From Camelus ferus (taxonomy: Eukaryota), in assembly GCF_009834535.1 (NCBI RefSeq), contig NC_045713.1:21824001-21888000 (forward strand): a stretch of 64,000 bases of DNA, written 5' to 3'. Both the position numbers and the translations under genes were made by a program. Below the pieces are notes generated by a model. The model was not told the origin of the DNA and did not search any database. It saw only the letters and a program-made list of their open reading frames with translations. Positions 34,601-49,200 of this stretch are shown piece after piece (within the stretch, counting starts at the first letter, position 1; every line of letters begins with the position of its first letter).

Positions 34601-35403
34601 CCTCACCTGCATCCTCCCGGGACGCCCCAGGACCTTGGCAGGCCACTACCTCTCCGCTACAGGAAGGTGCCTCTGCCGCCTGGCCTCTGCAGCCAGTCCC
34701 AAGCCGGGACCCCGTGGGGAGGCTCCTGCACGACCCGCTGTGGGATCCAGGGACGTTCCTAACTCTCTGTGGGGCCCATCTTTATATTGGGAATGAGACG
34801 CACTCCAAACACTGTGGGCTGCGCTTGGCAGGGGTTGTTCCACACCTACCCTGTTTTCTAGCTCTCTATAGGCAGCGTCCACAATCGGGGTACTAACACT
34901 TCATTGTGTGTCAACTGCACGCAAAGGTCAGCTTGACCCCCAGGCAAAGCAGTATCCCACAGGACCCCAAGGGCTCCCTCCCAACCTGTGGGACAGCTTC
35001 ACCCACTGTCCCACAGCCAGACCTGGGGGATTCAGAGTCAGCACCAGGCATTTCTGAGACCTGGCCCCCATCCTGGGTAACTGGGACCCCATCCCAGGAC
35101 CAGTTATGTAACATCTCTCCCATCTTGAGGCCAGGTTCAGACACTAGCCAATGCCAACAAGAAGAGGAAGGGGAAGTGGGTGTCAGGTGGGGCAGGGTGG
35201 TGTCCACAGGCTTCCATACAAAATGACCTGGTCCAGAACACAGGAGGTCTGGGTAAGAGGCCAAAGGCCAGAGTTGGACAAAACTTAAGCCTTGGGGAGA
35301 TGAGGCCTCAAGGGAAGTTTGGGCTGGACCTGGTACTGGGACACAAGGGGCCTCCCATCCCCCCTACCAAGTAAAGGTTTCTCCCTAAGGGCAGTTTCTC
35401 AAC

Positions 35404-35409
35404 TTTATT
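35404..35409 (-). terminator. Polyadenylation signal of MCRIP2
   Basis: TTTATT on + ~300 nt past the MCRIP2 stop. Confidence 0.65.
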
Positions 35410-35707
35410 AGCCTGGAGCTCCTCCCCACCAGCCCCACGGGCTGGTCCCTGGGCACAGTGAGCAGGACTGAGGTCAGTCAGGTTCAGCCCCTGGTCCCTG
35501 GCAGCCTGGAACAGCTGGGCCAAGGGGTCAGCAAGTGCAAAAGTCCAAATGCTGGCACTTCAGGTGTGGCTGGCGCCTGGCCAGGCCCAGAGTGAAGCAC
35601 GGCCTGCCGCCGTGGGTAGACAGGGCACCATGGTCCTCTCCTGGCAGAGGGTCCAGCGTGGGGCAGGGCCAGGCCCTGCACAGGCAGCATTCCTTCTGAG
35701 GCTGCGA

Positions 35708-38700
35708 CTAGGAACAGTTGGTGATTCTGGCCAGGAACTGCTGTGCCCACCACTCATCCAGGTCAATGGGCACGAAGTCTGTGGGAGAGTAAAAGGCTGG
35801 GTGGTGATGCACCTCCCAGACCACCAGCATCCCTCCAGCCCCACCCTCCTGAGATGACCACAGGCACATCCCCCAGACCACAAATGTAGCAGACACTGGG
35901 AAGAATTGGGTCAGGCTCTAGTCCTCTTCCCGATCCCCTGGGATTAGAGCCTGGCTGAGCCCAGGTCAGGGTTGGAGGAGGTGGAGGGGACTCCCTGAGG
36001 ACGGGGGAGGGCTCACTCTGCAGCCGGGGATTGGGCGTCCTCTCCACATACTGCACAGGCCTTGGCCCACTCTCACCGGCTGGGCCACCACCCAGTTGCT
36101 GCTCCACTTGCTGCCAGGCTGTGGGGAGAAGATGGTCAGTCTGAGCCAGGCCCCTGGCACCCTGTCTCCCGCCCCAGGGCCTGGTGGCCACCCTGGATCC
36201 CAGCCCAGAACTGGGAGTGGGCAGCCTGCTGGGTAGAGAAACAGGCCAACAGCCTAGGAACAGCCCAGCTCTCTGGCCACTTCGAGTCAGGTTACAGTGG
36301 GAAGAGGACCAGTAGTCCAGGCCACAACCTCGGACCTCAACACTACCTTCGGACACAAACCGGACGTTCTCCTCGTGGGCCAGTGTGTAGGTCTCCTGGG
36401 TACCCTCGAGGGATGGGGATGTGGCAGGGGGCCGCCGGCCATTCACCCGATTGAACACGAGCCTCGGCCCTGGACTGCAGGAAGGGGGAGGAGACGGTCA
36501 GCAACTGTTCCAAGCCAGGTGCTACCTGGCAGAGCTCCTGGAGCAGCCTCAGGCCACACCCACCACCCCTTGGCCAAGCTCAACCTGGGCACTTCCCTGA
36601 ACCCCAGGGAAGCTACATGCACAGACAGTAGCCCAGGCCTTTCCCCTGCAGGCCTGTGCCCCCAGCAGCTCGGCTCATACCTGCAGCCCCCGGCCCTGAG
36701 GCAGGCCCAAGACTGCAGGTGGGAGTGCGGGGAGCTCTGTGTCCCAGATCCCCAGCAGAGTTCTGGACTCAAGGCACATAGGCTGCCTCCCAAGTGTCTC
36801 TCAGGAACCCCCATGGCCACTTGCCTCCCACCTCCCCTGGACCAGCCAGGACCCCAGCAGCCCAGGTTCTGCCCTGAGTCACTTGGCCCCACCCCACCCA
36901 CCAAGCACAGTTCTTGGTCCCTTCTCCCCAACAGAAGCCTCTCCATCTCACGACACCCCCAATGTGGGAGGAAGCTCCCAAGCAAAAGCTGGTGGCCTTT
37001 GCCCTTCCCTCTCCTGGCTGCCCCAGGCCCCGCAGGGAAGAGCCCCAAGGGACAGCTCTGGTCTGGCCCAAGAGCATCAAGTGCAAAGTGGGCCATCCTG
37101 AGTGGGGAGGGTGTGACTGCAACCCTGGCCCATCCCTGCAGGCCCCAGACAAGGGGCTATTCTCTTGCTCACAGGGGCAGGAATGCTGAGTGAGGAGATG
37201 GTCCTGGGTGCTGGAGCTAAGCTGGTGGGCATTCAATGTCTAGGTGGCCACTGGGCCCATCCCAGCCAGCCAGGCCCAGGGCATTGATGGGCTGCCCTGG
37301 CTGGTGGCACCTGGCCCAGCCCTTATACACATGAAGCTTGGGATAGGGCCATGGAGGGAACAGGGCCCACACCTACAGCAGGAGGTGGGAGCCGGGAGTC
37401 CTGGGCTGCACGTGCCACTCCGCCAGGCACTCGCGGTCCCGCCGGCCTGCTCGCCATCCTGGGCTCAGGTGCCCCACCGCCGCTCGGGGTTCCTCCTCAG
37501 TTGAGAGGGGCACTAAAATAAAGAGGAGCATCTTGAGGGGCACCGGTCCCGCCAGCTCCAGGCTGACAGGGTCGTGGCCATAGAGAATGTAGAGGGGCAG
37601 GGCTCCTCTCAGGCCTGAGTTGTCCTCAACTGGGACGGCCCCTCACCTGCTCCCCCAATCCCTGCAAGGCCATGAACTCTAGGAAAATTTGGAGACCAGA
37701 GATCGTAAAAGGGAAAAAAGGAAGACTTAGGGCCAAGAGCTATGAATCATAAGGACCTAGATGGTGTCCTGGAGGGGGCTGAGAAGGGGCCCCAGCAGGC
37801 AGGCACATGCCCAACCCCGGCTGGTAGTTACATAAGGCTACTCTGCGGGCCCTCTAGGGGAAAGGGCACGGCTCTTATGTGCACCTTCAGAGGAACACCA
37901 CCTCCCACCCTGTTCTGCGCCAGCTCCCAGGGACACTATTAGCTCCATCCCACAGCACCCCAGTCCCTGCTCAGTGCCAAGAGGGGCATTCTCTGACTTA
38001 ATTTGCTTCACTACCCACCAAGGTAGACCACTGGGCTCCCAGGAACTGGGCTCAACAGGAAAGTGACCTCTCCAAGGTCACCTGCGGTGACTGGATGGCA
38101 GTATCAGAACTTAACTGTATGCTTATCTGACCCCAAAGCCTAAAACCCAGTAGAGCTTCCAAGCCCCCTTCCCTACCAGCCCATGTGCCCATCTTTCCCC
38201 ACACCATCAGGTGGTCACATGGCCCCAGGTTTTCTTCTCCCAGAGAGTTTATATCGACTCTGTTCATCTTTCTCTCGCTGGGAGTGAGAGCTCATCAGAG
38301 GTACAGATTCGTGTGGCCTGTTGAGTGGCACCCAGACCTGCACCCAACTGGAACCTAAGCGTTGGTGGTGCACCAAGCACTCCCTTCTTCGAGGGCAAGT
38401 CTGGGTGAAGTGATTTTAGAGGGTTGTCCCCTGAGAAGGTTCAGGGGTTGGGGTTGGGGCTCCCCCTTGTGGAGGACCTGCTGGGGGCAGCTTAGGGAAG
38501 GGGGTGTGACCTCAGCAGGAAGAGGGGACCCGTCTCATAGCTCCTCTGCAGCTAGCAGGACACAGCACCACACAGGACTGTGGCAGGCTGTGGGGCCAAA
38601 CACCAGCACCCCAATCCCTGGGACCTGGCTGGCTGCAGCAACTTAAGGGCTCTGCACAACTTTTCCCACCTCTCTCCCCAGCACCCTGACCCTGCCACAG

Positions 38701-40343
38701 ATGCACCCTGCCTTCCCCATTCCCCAGCAAAGGGGCTGTGGAGAAGAAGGCAATGGGTTTCTCCAGGTAAAAGAGTGGGAGGCTCCCTGACTGGGTGAGC
38801 AGGGTGGCTACACGCCTATGCCTTGTTCCCTCCTCTGGGAGGTAGGGTGGCTGTGAGGACCAAGTCTGATGTCACAGGGCAGTGTCACAGTACAGCCCCG
38901 GTCCTGGGTAGTATCTCCCAAAGTCCCACTCACCTCCCTTCCCAGGAGGCACCTGTGGCTGGCCTAGAAACTTTTCTTCCCTAGGACCAGCCTCAAAGTG
39001 TCAACATGCTCCCTGCAGGAGGCCCCTGGGAAGGGCCTCAGCCTGGAAGGGTCCCAACACACTGCCCCCACCTGTAGCATCTTGAGCGGGGCATAAATAA
39101 TGAGGGGGAAGGGCACAGCACACCGCCCCTAACCTCCTGGCCAGCCTTGGAAGCTGTCTGTCCTCGGCTTGGGAAGTTGTACCAAGGCTGCCTCAGCGCT
39201 GCCTCACGGGCCCTAAGTCTGCTGCCCCCAACCACCCACAGGCAGGAGGCAGGAGCCCTCAGGCCTGGGTGGGCTTGGTCCAAAGCCCTGGGCCCAGGAC
39301 TTGCACAGAATAAGTGAAACCAGAGGCCAGGGCCTGAGCCAAAAAGTTAAAGGTTAAGCCTAGGAGGATGAGGGATCTGACCTCCAGGTCACAGTCACTT
39401 GGAGGCCTAAGTGGTTGGACTGAGATTCCTACAGCAAAATTGGTCAGAAAAGGTAGAAAACCCACAACTCCAGCAACCCCTGAGCATCTGCGGGGGGGTC
39501 TCTGCACCCAGCCAGGGTGTTTGGGGTGAAGGGCAGGAGAGCAGTGGCCTGGCAGGGCCAGAGGGAACCACGTGCAGTTCTCCCCCAGCTGCTCTGCAAG
39601 CGCAGGGTTGGCAGCCTCCCGCTGCGGGCAGAGGTAGGCTTCCTGTGGGCCAGGGCCAGAGCCAGTTCCTGGGCCACCTTGTTACCGCCCTCCAGGGCGA
39701 ATCCCCGGCAGCTCATCTCAAACCTTGGCCCTCGCAGCCCAAGGTCGGTCAGGGCACCTGACTCAGCCGCCTGGAGCCCCTCCGAGCCAGTCGGCTTTCT
39801 CTCGTCTCAGGGTCCTCGGGGTACCACAGGGCTCGGAGGGGTATCCGGCCCAGGCCCCTCCGACCCAGCAAGGCGCCAGGTGAGGCGGAAGCGCGAAGGT
39901 GGGGAGGCTAAGCTGCACACGCGTGCGGGGTCGGCGCGCCCCGCCCCCTCCGTGCCTGCCCGAAGCATGTGGCTAACCTTTCCCCAAGGTCACCCTCCAG
40001 GCCCCACGGCGGCCGGAGAGGGAAGGGAGGGGAGGGGAGGGCCGGTCTCCAGCCGGGGTCAGGCGTCTCACCTCGACAGGGGCCAGGGTCCCGGCGGCTG
40101 CGCCCGTGGGGGCTGCGGGGTCGACGGCGCGGGATGCCGGCATTTCAGGAGCTCTCCGAGTCTGCTCTCCACCTGCTGCTGCGTGGGACCTGCGGGCACC
40201 GGGAAGGCGCTTCAGCCGCCGCCGCGCCGGGGGAGGGGACCGCGTGCGGACCCCGGCTGGCCCTCCCTGCCCTGCCGGCCCCTCTGCGCACCTGTGCGGC
40301 GCTGCGCGACCAGCTTGCTGGGTCCCTTGGTGATGGTGTACAT
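35708..40343 (-). CDS. MCRIP2: MAPK-regulated corepressor-interacting protein 2 (FAM195A), 156 aa
   Basis: Exons 40343-40292, 40189-40072, 36474-36347, 36118-36017, 35778-35708, total 471 nt. MYTITKGPSKLVAQRRTGPTQQQVE...AHEENVRFVSEAWQQV...NFVPIDLDEWWAQQFLARITNCS*. Confidence 0.97.
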
Positions 40344-43246
40344 GGTGTGGAGGGGCCGTAGCGCGCCCTCGCCCTCACCCTCCCCGCCCGCCGGCCCGCG
40401 GCCAGATTCCGCGCCCTCCGCCCGGCTGGCACTTGGCGGGCGCCGAGGGCGCGGCCCCTTTAACGGGAGGCCGGAGTCTCGGGGAGGGGGCGGGCCCGTC
40501 ACACACCCCCGGACCTTAAAGGGCCCGCGCCGAGGCACGCAGCAAGAGTGGCGCTTGGGCCTTTGGGAAGGTGGCTGGACCCGCGGCGCGGCCCGAGGCT
40601 GGGGCGGGGCGGCTGCAAGCAGCGCCCGCCCCTCGGGCTCAAGGCCAAGGCCGAGGAAGTTCCCTAAGGCCCGAGCCGCCTGTTGGCCACCGGAGGCTAG
40701 GCGAGCCAGGGGGAACCCAGACGTGGCGAGGCTCCTCCAGCCCAGGCCATCCTGGGGTCGGCAGTGATGTCAAAGGAGCCGAGGCGTTGACAGAAGCTGG
40801 GGGTGCTCTTTGCGGACCCTAGAAGCAAGGGTGTTTCCACGCACCTCTGAAATCCTCCGCCAAGGTGCCTGGGCCAGTGTGAGGGTTCACTCTTATGGGA
40901 CTTAGGGAGTCAGAGATGAGAAAAAGGCAGTTTAGCTCCCTGGGTTTGGGCAGAGATGTGAGACTCTGGGAATCTCCTTGTCACCCTGTGGGACAGGAGC
41001 AGTTACTGCATTCTGCTGCATTTCAGCGTTGCATGCTGATGTGCTCCCCCAACCCCAGGGAGGCAGGGGGCCCCTTACCAGTCCAGGCGCAGCACAGGGG
41101 CTGGATCCTGTGGTTGGAGAAGGTGGATGAGGAGACCCAGCTTGCTTATGTCATCCCACAGGGGAGAAAGAGCACTTATTCCTCCCAACCCCCAGGCCAT
41201 AGGATCCGTCACCTACTGCAGTGACAGTGCCTCAAGACCATTGTCTGTGATGCCCATCGACCATGACCCCCAGGGAGCTGGGCGACCATGACCCCAGGGA
41301 ACTGGGAGGCCCAGGGAGGAGGGGAGGCTGGGCCATTGAGCCCTAATCTGCCAGGTAGCCCCTTCAGGCAGGCTGTACCCACAGGGTTCCTTCTTGAGAA
41401 TTAGATGGAGGTGTGCCCCTTCTTCCCAGCTCCCTGGCTGCCCCAGGCTGGAGTGGAGGGGGAGTCACAGCAGCCTGGGTTTGGAGGTGGGGGGAGCCAC
41501 AGCACACTTGGATTTGTGAGCCTGAGGGCCTTGTGGGTTTTGCGGGAGGCACCCATCCTCCCTGTAGTTGAGTTCAGTCCCTAATGCCAAAAAGAAAAAA
41601 CTCTGCCCAGAGTTATCCAGGGGTTGTGGCATCTGCCTCTGAGGCTAGTGGAGACAACTTTGTGCCCCGGGCTCCTGCGCTGCTCCCACAGGTATCTGAG
41701 GAGACTGTTGGACCAGCACCAGCGCCTGGGCTCTGTCTCCACCTGGGAGCCACAGCCCAGTGAGGCTTGGAGCAAACTAGCCCAGCTTCCCCAACACCGC
41801 ATCTTCAGAGCAGGCCTTGCTTGTGTAGTGTCCAAACAAGCACAGTACATGGAGAGGAGCGAGGGGTGGCTCCTGGCAGGGTAGGGGGTGGGGGCAACCA
41901 GCAAGAGGAACCCCTCACCCTACCTGCTCTGTGCTGTGTTCCTACCAGGCTATGCCATGCACCTGTGTGGGTGGCAGGGGTGACTGAGCCTGCTTGGGCA
42001 CCTTCAGGGAAGCCTGCATTCCAGGGGTGGCTTAGCTGTCCTTCCTCTCATCTGCACCCCCCTCCTCATAGCCCGTTGGCTCTGAGTCCTGTCCTACTCA
42101 AGGCCGAAGAATAAGGCCCCCCTCTTCCCCAGCTGCCCCCTCTGCGGGGCCAGGCTGGGCTAGGCCTGTGACCCTGAGAGGGGAGAGCATGTTCAGGAAG
42201 TCCAGACCTGAGCAGGCCCCCAACAAGCTAGCCTCTCCCTGACCTGCCTTTCCACCTGAGGTGCCCATCCCTCTCCCTCTCCCCAGCCGTGTCGAGGCCA
42301 GCACAGTCCTCTGTTATCTGTGCTGGCTGCCCTGGCCTCCCTGGTGGCCTCAAGCATAATGCTAACTCAGTATTGCTGAGGAGACCCCAGAGGGTGAGGG
42401 GTCTGGTGTGGGGGGCCTGTGTCCTGAGAGCACGTGTTCCTGGCAGGCCCTGGGGTGGGGGAGTACCACTCCCCCAAGCTGATATGAGCTAAGAGCTCCT
42501 CCTCTCCCAGGCACCCTTCTCAGGCCAGCATGGACAAGGCGAAGGACAGGGCCTGTTGGTGGGCGGACAGGCCTGGCCTTTGCTTAAGTCCTCTGGTGGC
42601 TAAGGCTACAAGGCCCTAGTATCCCAGCCCTGCCAGTGGGCCTTGTCTAAGGTCAAAGGTTGGGTCCAGAGCCTTTGGAAGAGCTCCCAGGAAAGAGCAG
42701 CCAAACATGAGTGGTCCTGATAGGCATGAGGGGAGGAGGTACAGGACAGGTGGGGGACAGTTGGGGTGGGGAGGTGAGAGAACCCAGTGGTCCCTAAGAG
42801 ACACTGAGCCAGTGCAAGGGTTATCCATGGTGAAGGAAACCCAGGTTGTGGAGGACAGACAGCAAAGCCCTGACACTTGGAGGGGAGGAGAGGGGTGAGG
42901 CTGATCTCCCTGTGAGGGGCCTTCCCAGCCTCACTGCTCCCAGGACCCAATTGAGCACCAGATCTGCCTTGGCCTGGGGAGAGCGCCCCCAAGGGGTCAG
43001 GGTCCGAATGGGCCAGCTGCCATGAGTTCAGCTGGGATCTCCTGGTAGGGTCGGAATCTTGGTCAGCCTGGCTTTACCTGGACTACACTGTCCATCATGG
43101 CGGTCAGCATGCGAAGTCCTGGTAGAGACAGCATTTTGCAGCCACCAACATTCCCTGTTGTCCGAGAGGCTGGGAACCCATCCAAGAGTTAGAGTCAGGG
43201 GCAGTTGGACAGGAGGGAAGGGCCCTCACCCAGCAGAAATAATGGT

Positions 43247-43688
43247 TGTCATGGTAAGGGAAGGCCTTTACCTCACAGACCCCAGTTATCATAATAACCT
43301 CAGCACGTGACCTTATTTAGAGTAATGATCTTTGCAGATATAATTAAAACAAGGATTTTGAAATAGGGTCATCCTAGATTAGGATAGGCCCTAAATCCAG
43401 TGATGATCATCCTTGTAAGAGAAAGGAGGGCTGTTTGGACACAGAGAGACACAGAGGAGAAGACCAGGTGAAGACAGGCAGAGACTGCAGTGAGGTGGCC
43501 ACAAGCCCAGAAACTCCTGGAGCCCCCAGAAGCTGGCAGTGGTAGGAAGGATCTCCCTGTAGGGCCACTGGAGGGAGCTGACACCTTTATTTTGGACTTC
43601 TGGCCTCCAGAACTGTAAGAAAATAAATTTTTGTTTTAAGCCACCAAGCTTGAGGGTAATTTGTTACAGTAGCTCTAGGAAATTAACA
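43247..43688 (+). mobile_element. MaLR solo LTR (MLT1-like)
   Basis: TG...CA termini and typical MLT1 motifs (GTGACCTTATTTAG, TTTGCAGATATAATTAA, GGCCCTAAATCCAGTGA, GACTTCTGGCCTCCAGAACTGTAAGAAAATAAATT, GTTTTAAGCCACC). Confidence 0.85.
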
Positions 43689-44349
43689 TAGGAACGGAAG
43701 TGGAGGGAACGGGAGGTGGTGACTCGCCCAGGATCTAGTACTGGAGGGCTTGGGAAGAAGTTCAGACTCACATGGGGTGGGGAGGGGGTTCAGTGGGCAC
43801 ACAGGCCTGGACCTCAAGAGGGAAGCTGGACCCTGCCGTTGGCTCTGGACATCATGGGGCAGCACCCAGGGGCTCACTCCACAGCCCTTTGTCAATGAGC
43901 ATGACTAGGAGAAGGTATTTCCGGCTCCATCAATAATCCCCAGAAGACACAACCCCAGGGGGTATCATACAGCACAGGCCAAGGTGTGGATGCTTCCAGG
44001 GGTCCAATATTTAGCATCCCCTGGGGGTCTTGGATCCTCCCAGAGTCTGACATACATCCTTGCATCCTTGGCTTTCCTGAAAGTGTGTGCTGACACATAT
44101 TCACAGCAAAGGCCACTGCTCAGTTGTGTCCAGTTCCTTTGGTCCCAGGCGCAGAGCTTGGTGAGTGCTGAAGGCAGGTGTCAGTTCACACAGCAGCCAA
44201 TCCAGAGTAATGAATGGCAGGCATATATCAACCTGAGGTCAAAGGCTGTTAAACAGAAGATGTTGCTGGTCATTTGGGCAATTCTGAAAGCAGCACCATC
44301 CAACATGGGGAAGCTCGGAAATGGATCTGTCTCAGTCTCCTTTCCTCTT

Positions 44350-45150
44350 ACAGAACACAGGTGTACTCACAACACTTCAGATACCAAATGTGTGGGGTTT
44401 TCTCAGTAAGCAATTCTCCAGATCCCTTTGCACACCAACTGGGTGTCTTATGATTTAACTCAATCCTGGCATAGACTGCCCAGCATCAGTGCAGACCCTA
44501 CAGTTTAAGGTGTCTGTCTCGCAAGACAGGCCTTACTTCAGATGCTAGCAACAAGTCCAGACTGTTACCTGTGTTTCTGACCCACCAGCTGTAAAACGAG
44601 TTTTGTAATCCTCCTCGTGTTGCCAGAACAGCTCACAGAACTCATGGAAACACTTTGCTTCTGTTTACTGGTTTATCATAAAGGACATGACTCAGGAAGA
44701 ACTAGATGGAAGAGATGCCCAGGAAAGGGGTGGGAAGGGGTGCAGATCCTCCATGCCTTCCTGGGGAGCCACCCTCTCTGCACCACCATGAGTTTACAGA
44801 TGGAAGCTCCCTGAACCCTTTCATTTTGGGTTTGTATGGAGTCTCCAGGACACAGGCATGACTGATTAAATCATCGACCACTGGTGATTTGTTCAGTCTC
44901 CAGCCCCACCCACTCTTAGGAGTCAGAAGTCTGGAGTGGGGCAGAAAGTTCTAACCCTCTAATCACAGGGTTCCTTAGCAACCAGCTCCCATTTCCCAAA
45001 AGTCACCTCATTGATACATACCCAAGTAAGGTTGAAAGGGGCTTGTTACGAATAAAAGATGCTCCTCTCACCCCTGGAAATCTCCAGGGTTTTAGAAGCT
45101 CTGTGCCAGGAACCAGGATGAAGACCAAATATGTATTTCTTATTACATGA
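44350..45150 (-). mobile_element. ERV LTR, MER21-like
   Basis: Reverse complement begins TGTCATGTAATAAGAAATACATATTTGGTCTT...TTCCTGGCACAGAGCTTCTAAAACCCTGG...AACAAGCCCCTTTCAACC, matching my recollection of the MER21 consensus. Confidence 0.7.
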
Positions 45151-45306
45151 CAAGAGCACAGAGTGGCCTGTGCCCAGGAATGCCATGTGAAGCCACCAGG
45201 AAGCCTGGTGCCTCTTGAGTGGGCAAGGTGGGCCAAGGGGCCTGGGTGGTGAGGACTCAGGTAACCACTGATCTTCACAGATGGGGGCAGGGGCAGGGAT
45301 TTGCAT

Positions 45307-45870
45307 TGAGGAACACTTCTCCACCTGGAGACACAGAAATGGCTCAGCCAACAAACTAGGAGGAGGTGAGGCAAAACGTGAGTCAGGTAATGAAAGCTCA
45401 GGGCCGTGAAACGAGAAAGTCTGCTGAAGAAAACAGGGTGGTTGTAGAGCAGAGTGCCACCGGGGCGGGATGGAGGTGGGCAAGCTGGCCCACTGAGTGG
45501 AAACTTCCCAGGGGGTGTGTCCAGACCAGCCAACCCTATACCATTTCCTGTCCAGAAGCTGCAAAGTTGTCCTCTGTCTGACCACAGTCAGACTCTGGGC
45601 CCTTGTCCCCTCGACAGCAACCCCCGGCTAAAGTTCCAGTCAGTGCCATCCTCAGAGCCCTTGCCAGAGCGAAGTCGAGTATGGGAGTCTCAAGCGAGAA
45701 AAGTTGTCCAGCTAAGGAGATAAGCTAGTGTTGACTGAGGAGCAACGCCTTTAGCCTGCTAACAGGGCCCCTTCTGAGACATGGACCCCAAGAAGACAAC
45801 CAGAGAAGTACCCTGGACACAACAGATCGGCCTCCGACTTGATTCCTGGGTTCACCGACCCTTCACAACA
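45307..45870 (-). mobile_element. Possible second LTR-like element
   Basis: The minus strand begins TGTTGTG and can end in CA, and the composition is LTR-like. No TSD found and family not recognised. Confidence 0.3.
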
Positions 45871-46389
45871 CCCGTGAACCCTGGGCTAGCGCTGGTTATC
45901 TCGGTGCACAGAGAAACCCTGAGTATCCAGTTCCTGCACGCTGGGCCTGCCCCACCCACCACACAGCTCTACCCCGACGGGAGCCCCACCCACGACAAGG
46001 AGCCTTACCAAGCACAATCCCGCCCACCGGAAGCCCCACCCACAACACAACCCCGCCCACCTACGAAGGTCCTCCCCTGAAGAGCTCTGCTTCGGCCCCG
46101 CCCCATCACTTTTGGAATGCGGCGGTTGCCACAGATTCCAAGGTGCAACCCGAATCCAGGCTGCCCACAAGCCCGCGTCCCTCATTCCCGCTCCTCCCTC
46201 TCGAGAGCAGGGCGCCCAAGCGCACCGCGAGACCCCCACTGTCGCGTCCTTCTCCAAGCGCGGCGCTCCTATCCCTGTTGTTGGCGCGGCGGCGGCGCAC
46301 GCGTTCTGGTCTTTCTGTGTGGTGTGAGAGTGGTGTGGGGAACTTGCGTCACGAAACCCTAAGTCTCGCGGGCCAACGCTCAGCAAGTA

Positions 46390-46460
46390 GCGCCGCTGGT
46401 GTAGTGGTATCATGCAAGATTCCCATTCTTGCGACCCGGGTTCGATTCCCGGGCGGCGCA
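46390..46460 (+). tRNA. tRNA-Gly, anticodon CCC
   Basis: GCGCCGC acceptor stem pairs with GCGGCGC(A). A-box TGGTGTAGTGG, anticodon arm GCAAGA-TTCCCAT-TCTTGC, B-box GGTTCGATTCC; 71 nt, no intron. Confidence 0.98.
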
Positions 46461-46466
46461 GTAGAC

Positions 46467-46479
46467 TTTTGACTTTTTT
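46467..46479 (+). terminator. Pol III terminator (T4 then T6)
   Basis: TTTT at 46467-46470 and TTTTTT at 46474-46479 directly downstream of the tRNA. Confidence 0.85.
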
Positions 46480-46490
46480 ATATCAGTCTA

Positions 46491-46700
46491 TTTTTTTTTA
46501 AACATCCCTTTATTGAGTTATAGTCATTTTACAATGTTGTGTTAAATTCCAGTGTATAGTCATTTTACAATGTTGTGTTAAATTCCAGTGAAAATAACAA
46601 TTTTTCAGTCATACATGAACATACATATATTCATTGTCACATATTTTTTCGCTGTGAGCTACCACAAGATCTTATATATATTTCCTTGTGCTATACAGTT
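46491..46700 (-). mobile_element. Short 5'-truncated L1 (3' end only), antisense, with an internal 36-bp tandem duplication
   Basis: T-run, then TTTATTGAGTTATAGTCATTTTACAATGTTGTG...CATTGTCAC...GTGAGCTACCACAAGATCTT...GTGCTATACAGT, an L1 3' end resembling camelid L1 from memory. Confidence 0.8.
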
Positions 46701-47002
46701 AGGCTTTTGAGTTTTTGAGGTTTTTTTCCCACCATCTCAAAAAACTCTCTGACCTAAGAGATTTCATCAACGAAAAAAAGCCAGACAAGCGGGAAGCATC
46801 TATTCAGGTGATAATGCGAACGACACAGTTTTGGAGTAACAAGCGCGATGAAAAAGCTAGGACAGCCACGGACACCGGGTGCTGAGCCGATAGGCACCTG
46901 TAAGCCGGTGACCCAGCTCGTCGCCCGGTCCGCCGCCGGAGACAGCCGCTCGCTGAGCGCCTCCAGCGGCTGCGGACCCTTTAACGCATGGCGCGCGTCC
47001 TC

Positions 47003-47017
47003 CTGGGAATTGTAGTC
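47003..47017 (-). promoter_or_regulatory. ZNF143/THAP11-type SBS motif in the METTL26 promoter
   Basis: CTGGGAATTGTAGTC = reverse complement GACTACAATTCCCAG, ~80 nt upstream of the METTL26 ATG. Confidence 0.7.
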
Positions 47018-47025
47018 CGTGGTGA

Positions 47026-48626
<1,601 letters not shown>

Positions 48627-49200
48627 TAAACCCAGACTACCAGCACCTGCTTCCCTGGGCCACACTATGGGGACTGGCTCTGCCCAGGCTAGGAGTTCTT
48701 GACCAGGGGCCACAAGGCTGCTGAGAGCCTGGAAATAAAAGTGTTTCCTGCTGCCCCACTGCTGGTATGGAGGATGATGGGTAGGCAGGCTGTCTCTCCA
48801 AGGGTTCCATACTGTGGGCAGGAGGGCTTTGGCCTGTAGGTCAGGGCTTGGGGGCATCCTGGACTCTGTTGCTCCACTCGGACAGTGAGGGGAGGGAGAG
48901 AGGGAGGGAGGACCCAGGGATCGTTGAGACAACACTGAACTGGATGCCTGGCCTTCTACCATGGGAGGTGGCACCACCTCAGTGGCTGGTCCTCACTTGT
49001 GCTTCTGCAGGGACACAGGAGGCTCCCCAGAAGGAGGCTGGTGCTCCTTGGTGACCTCAGACTGGAGCCAAAGTCCCATGTGGTGGCAGGATCCCTGCTG
49101 AAGCAGGCCAGGTGGGGAAGGGTCAGGCCTTGCGGTCCAGGACTTTTATTCAGCTGCCAGAGGTGGGATGGGTGGGTGTGGGGTTGGGTAGGTGGATTGG

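Noticed and set aside
39517-40767. 416-aa ORF antisense to MCRIP2 5' end
   Set aside because: CpG-island artefact with no coding features, splice support or poly(A) signal.
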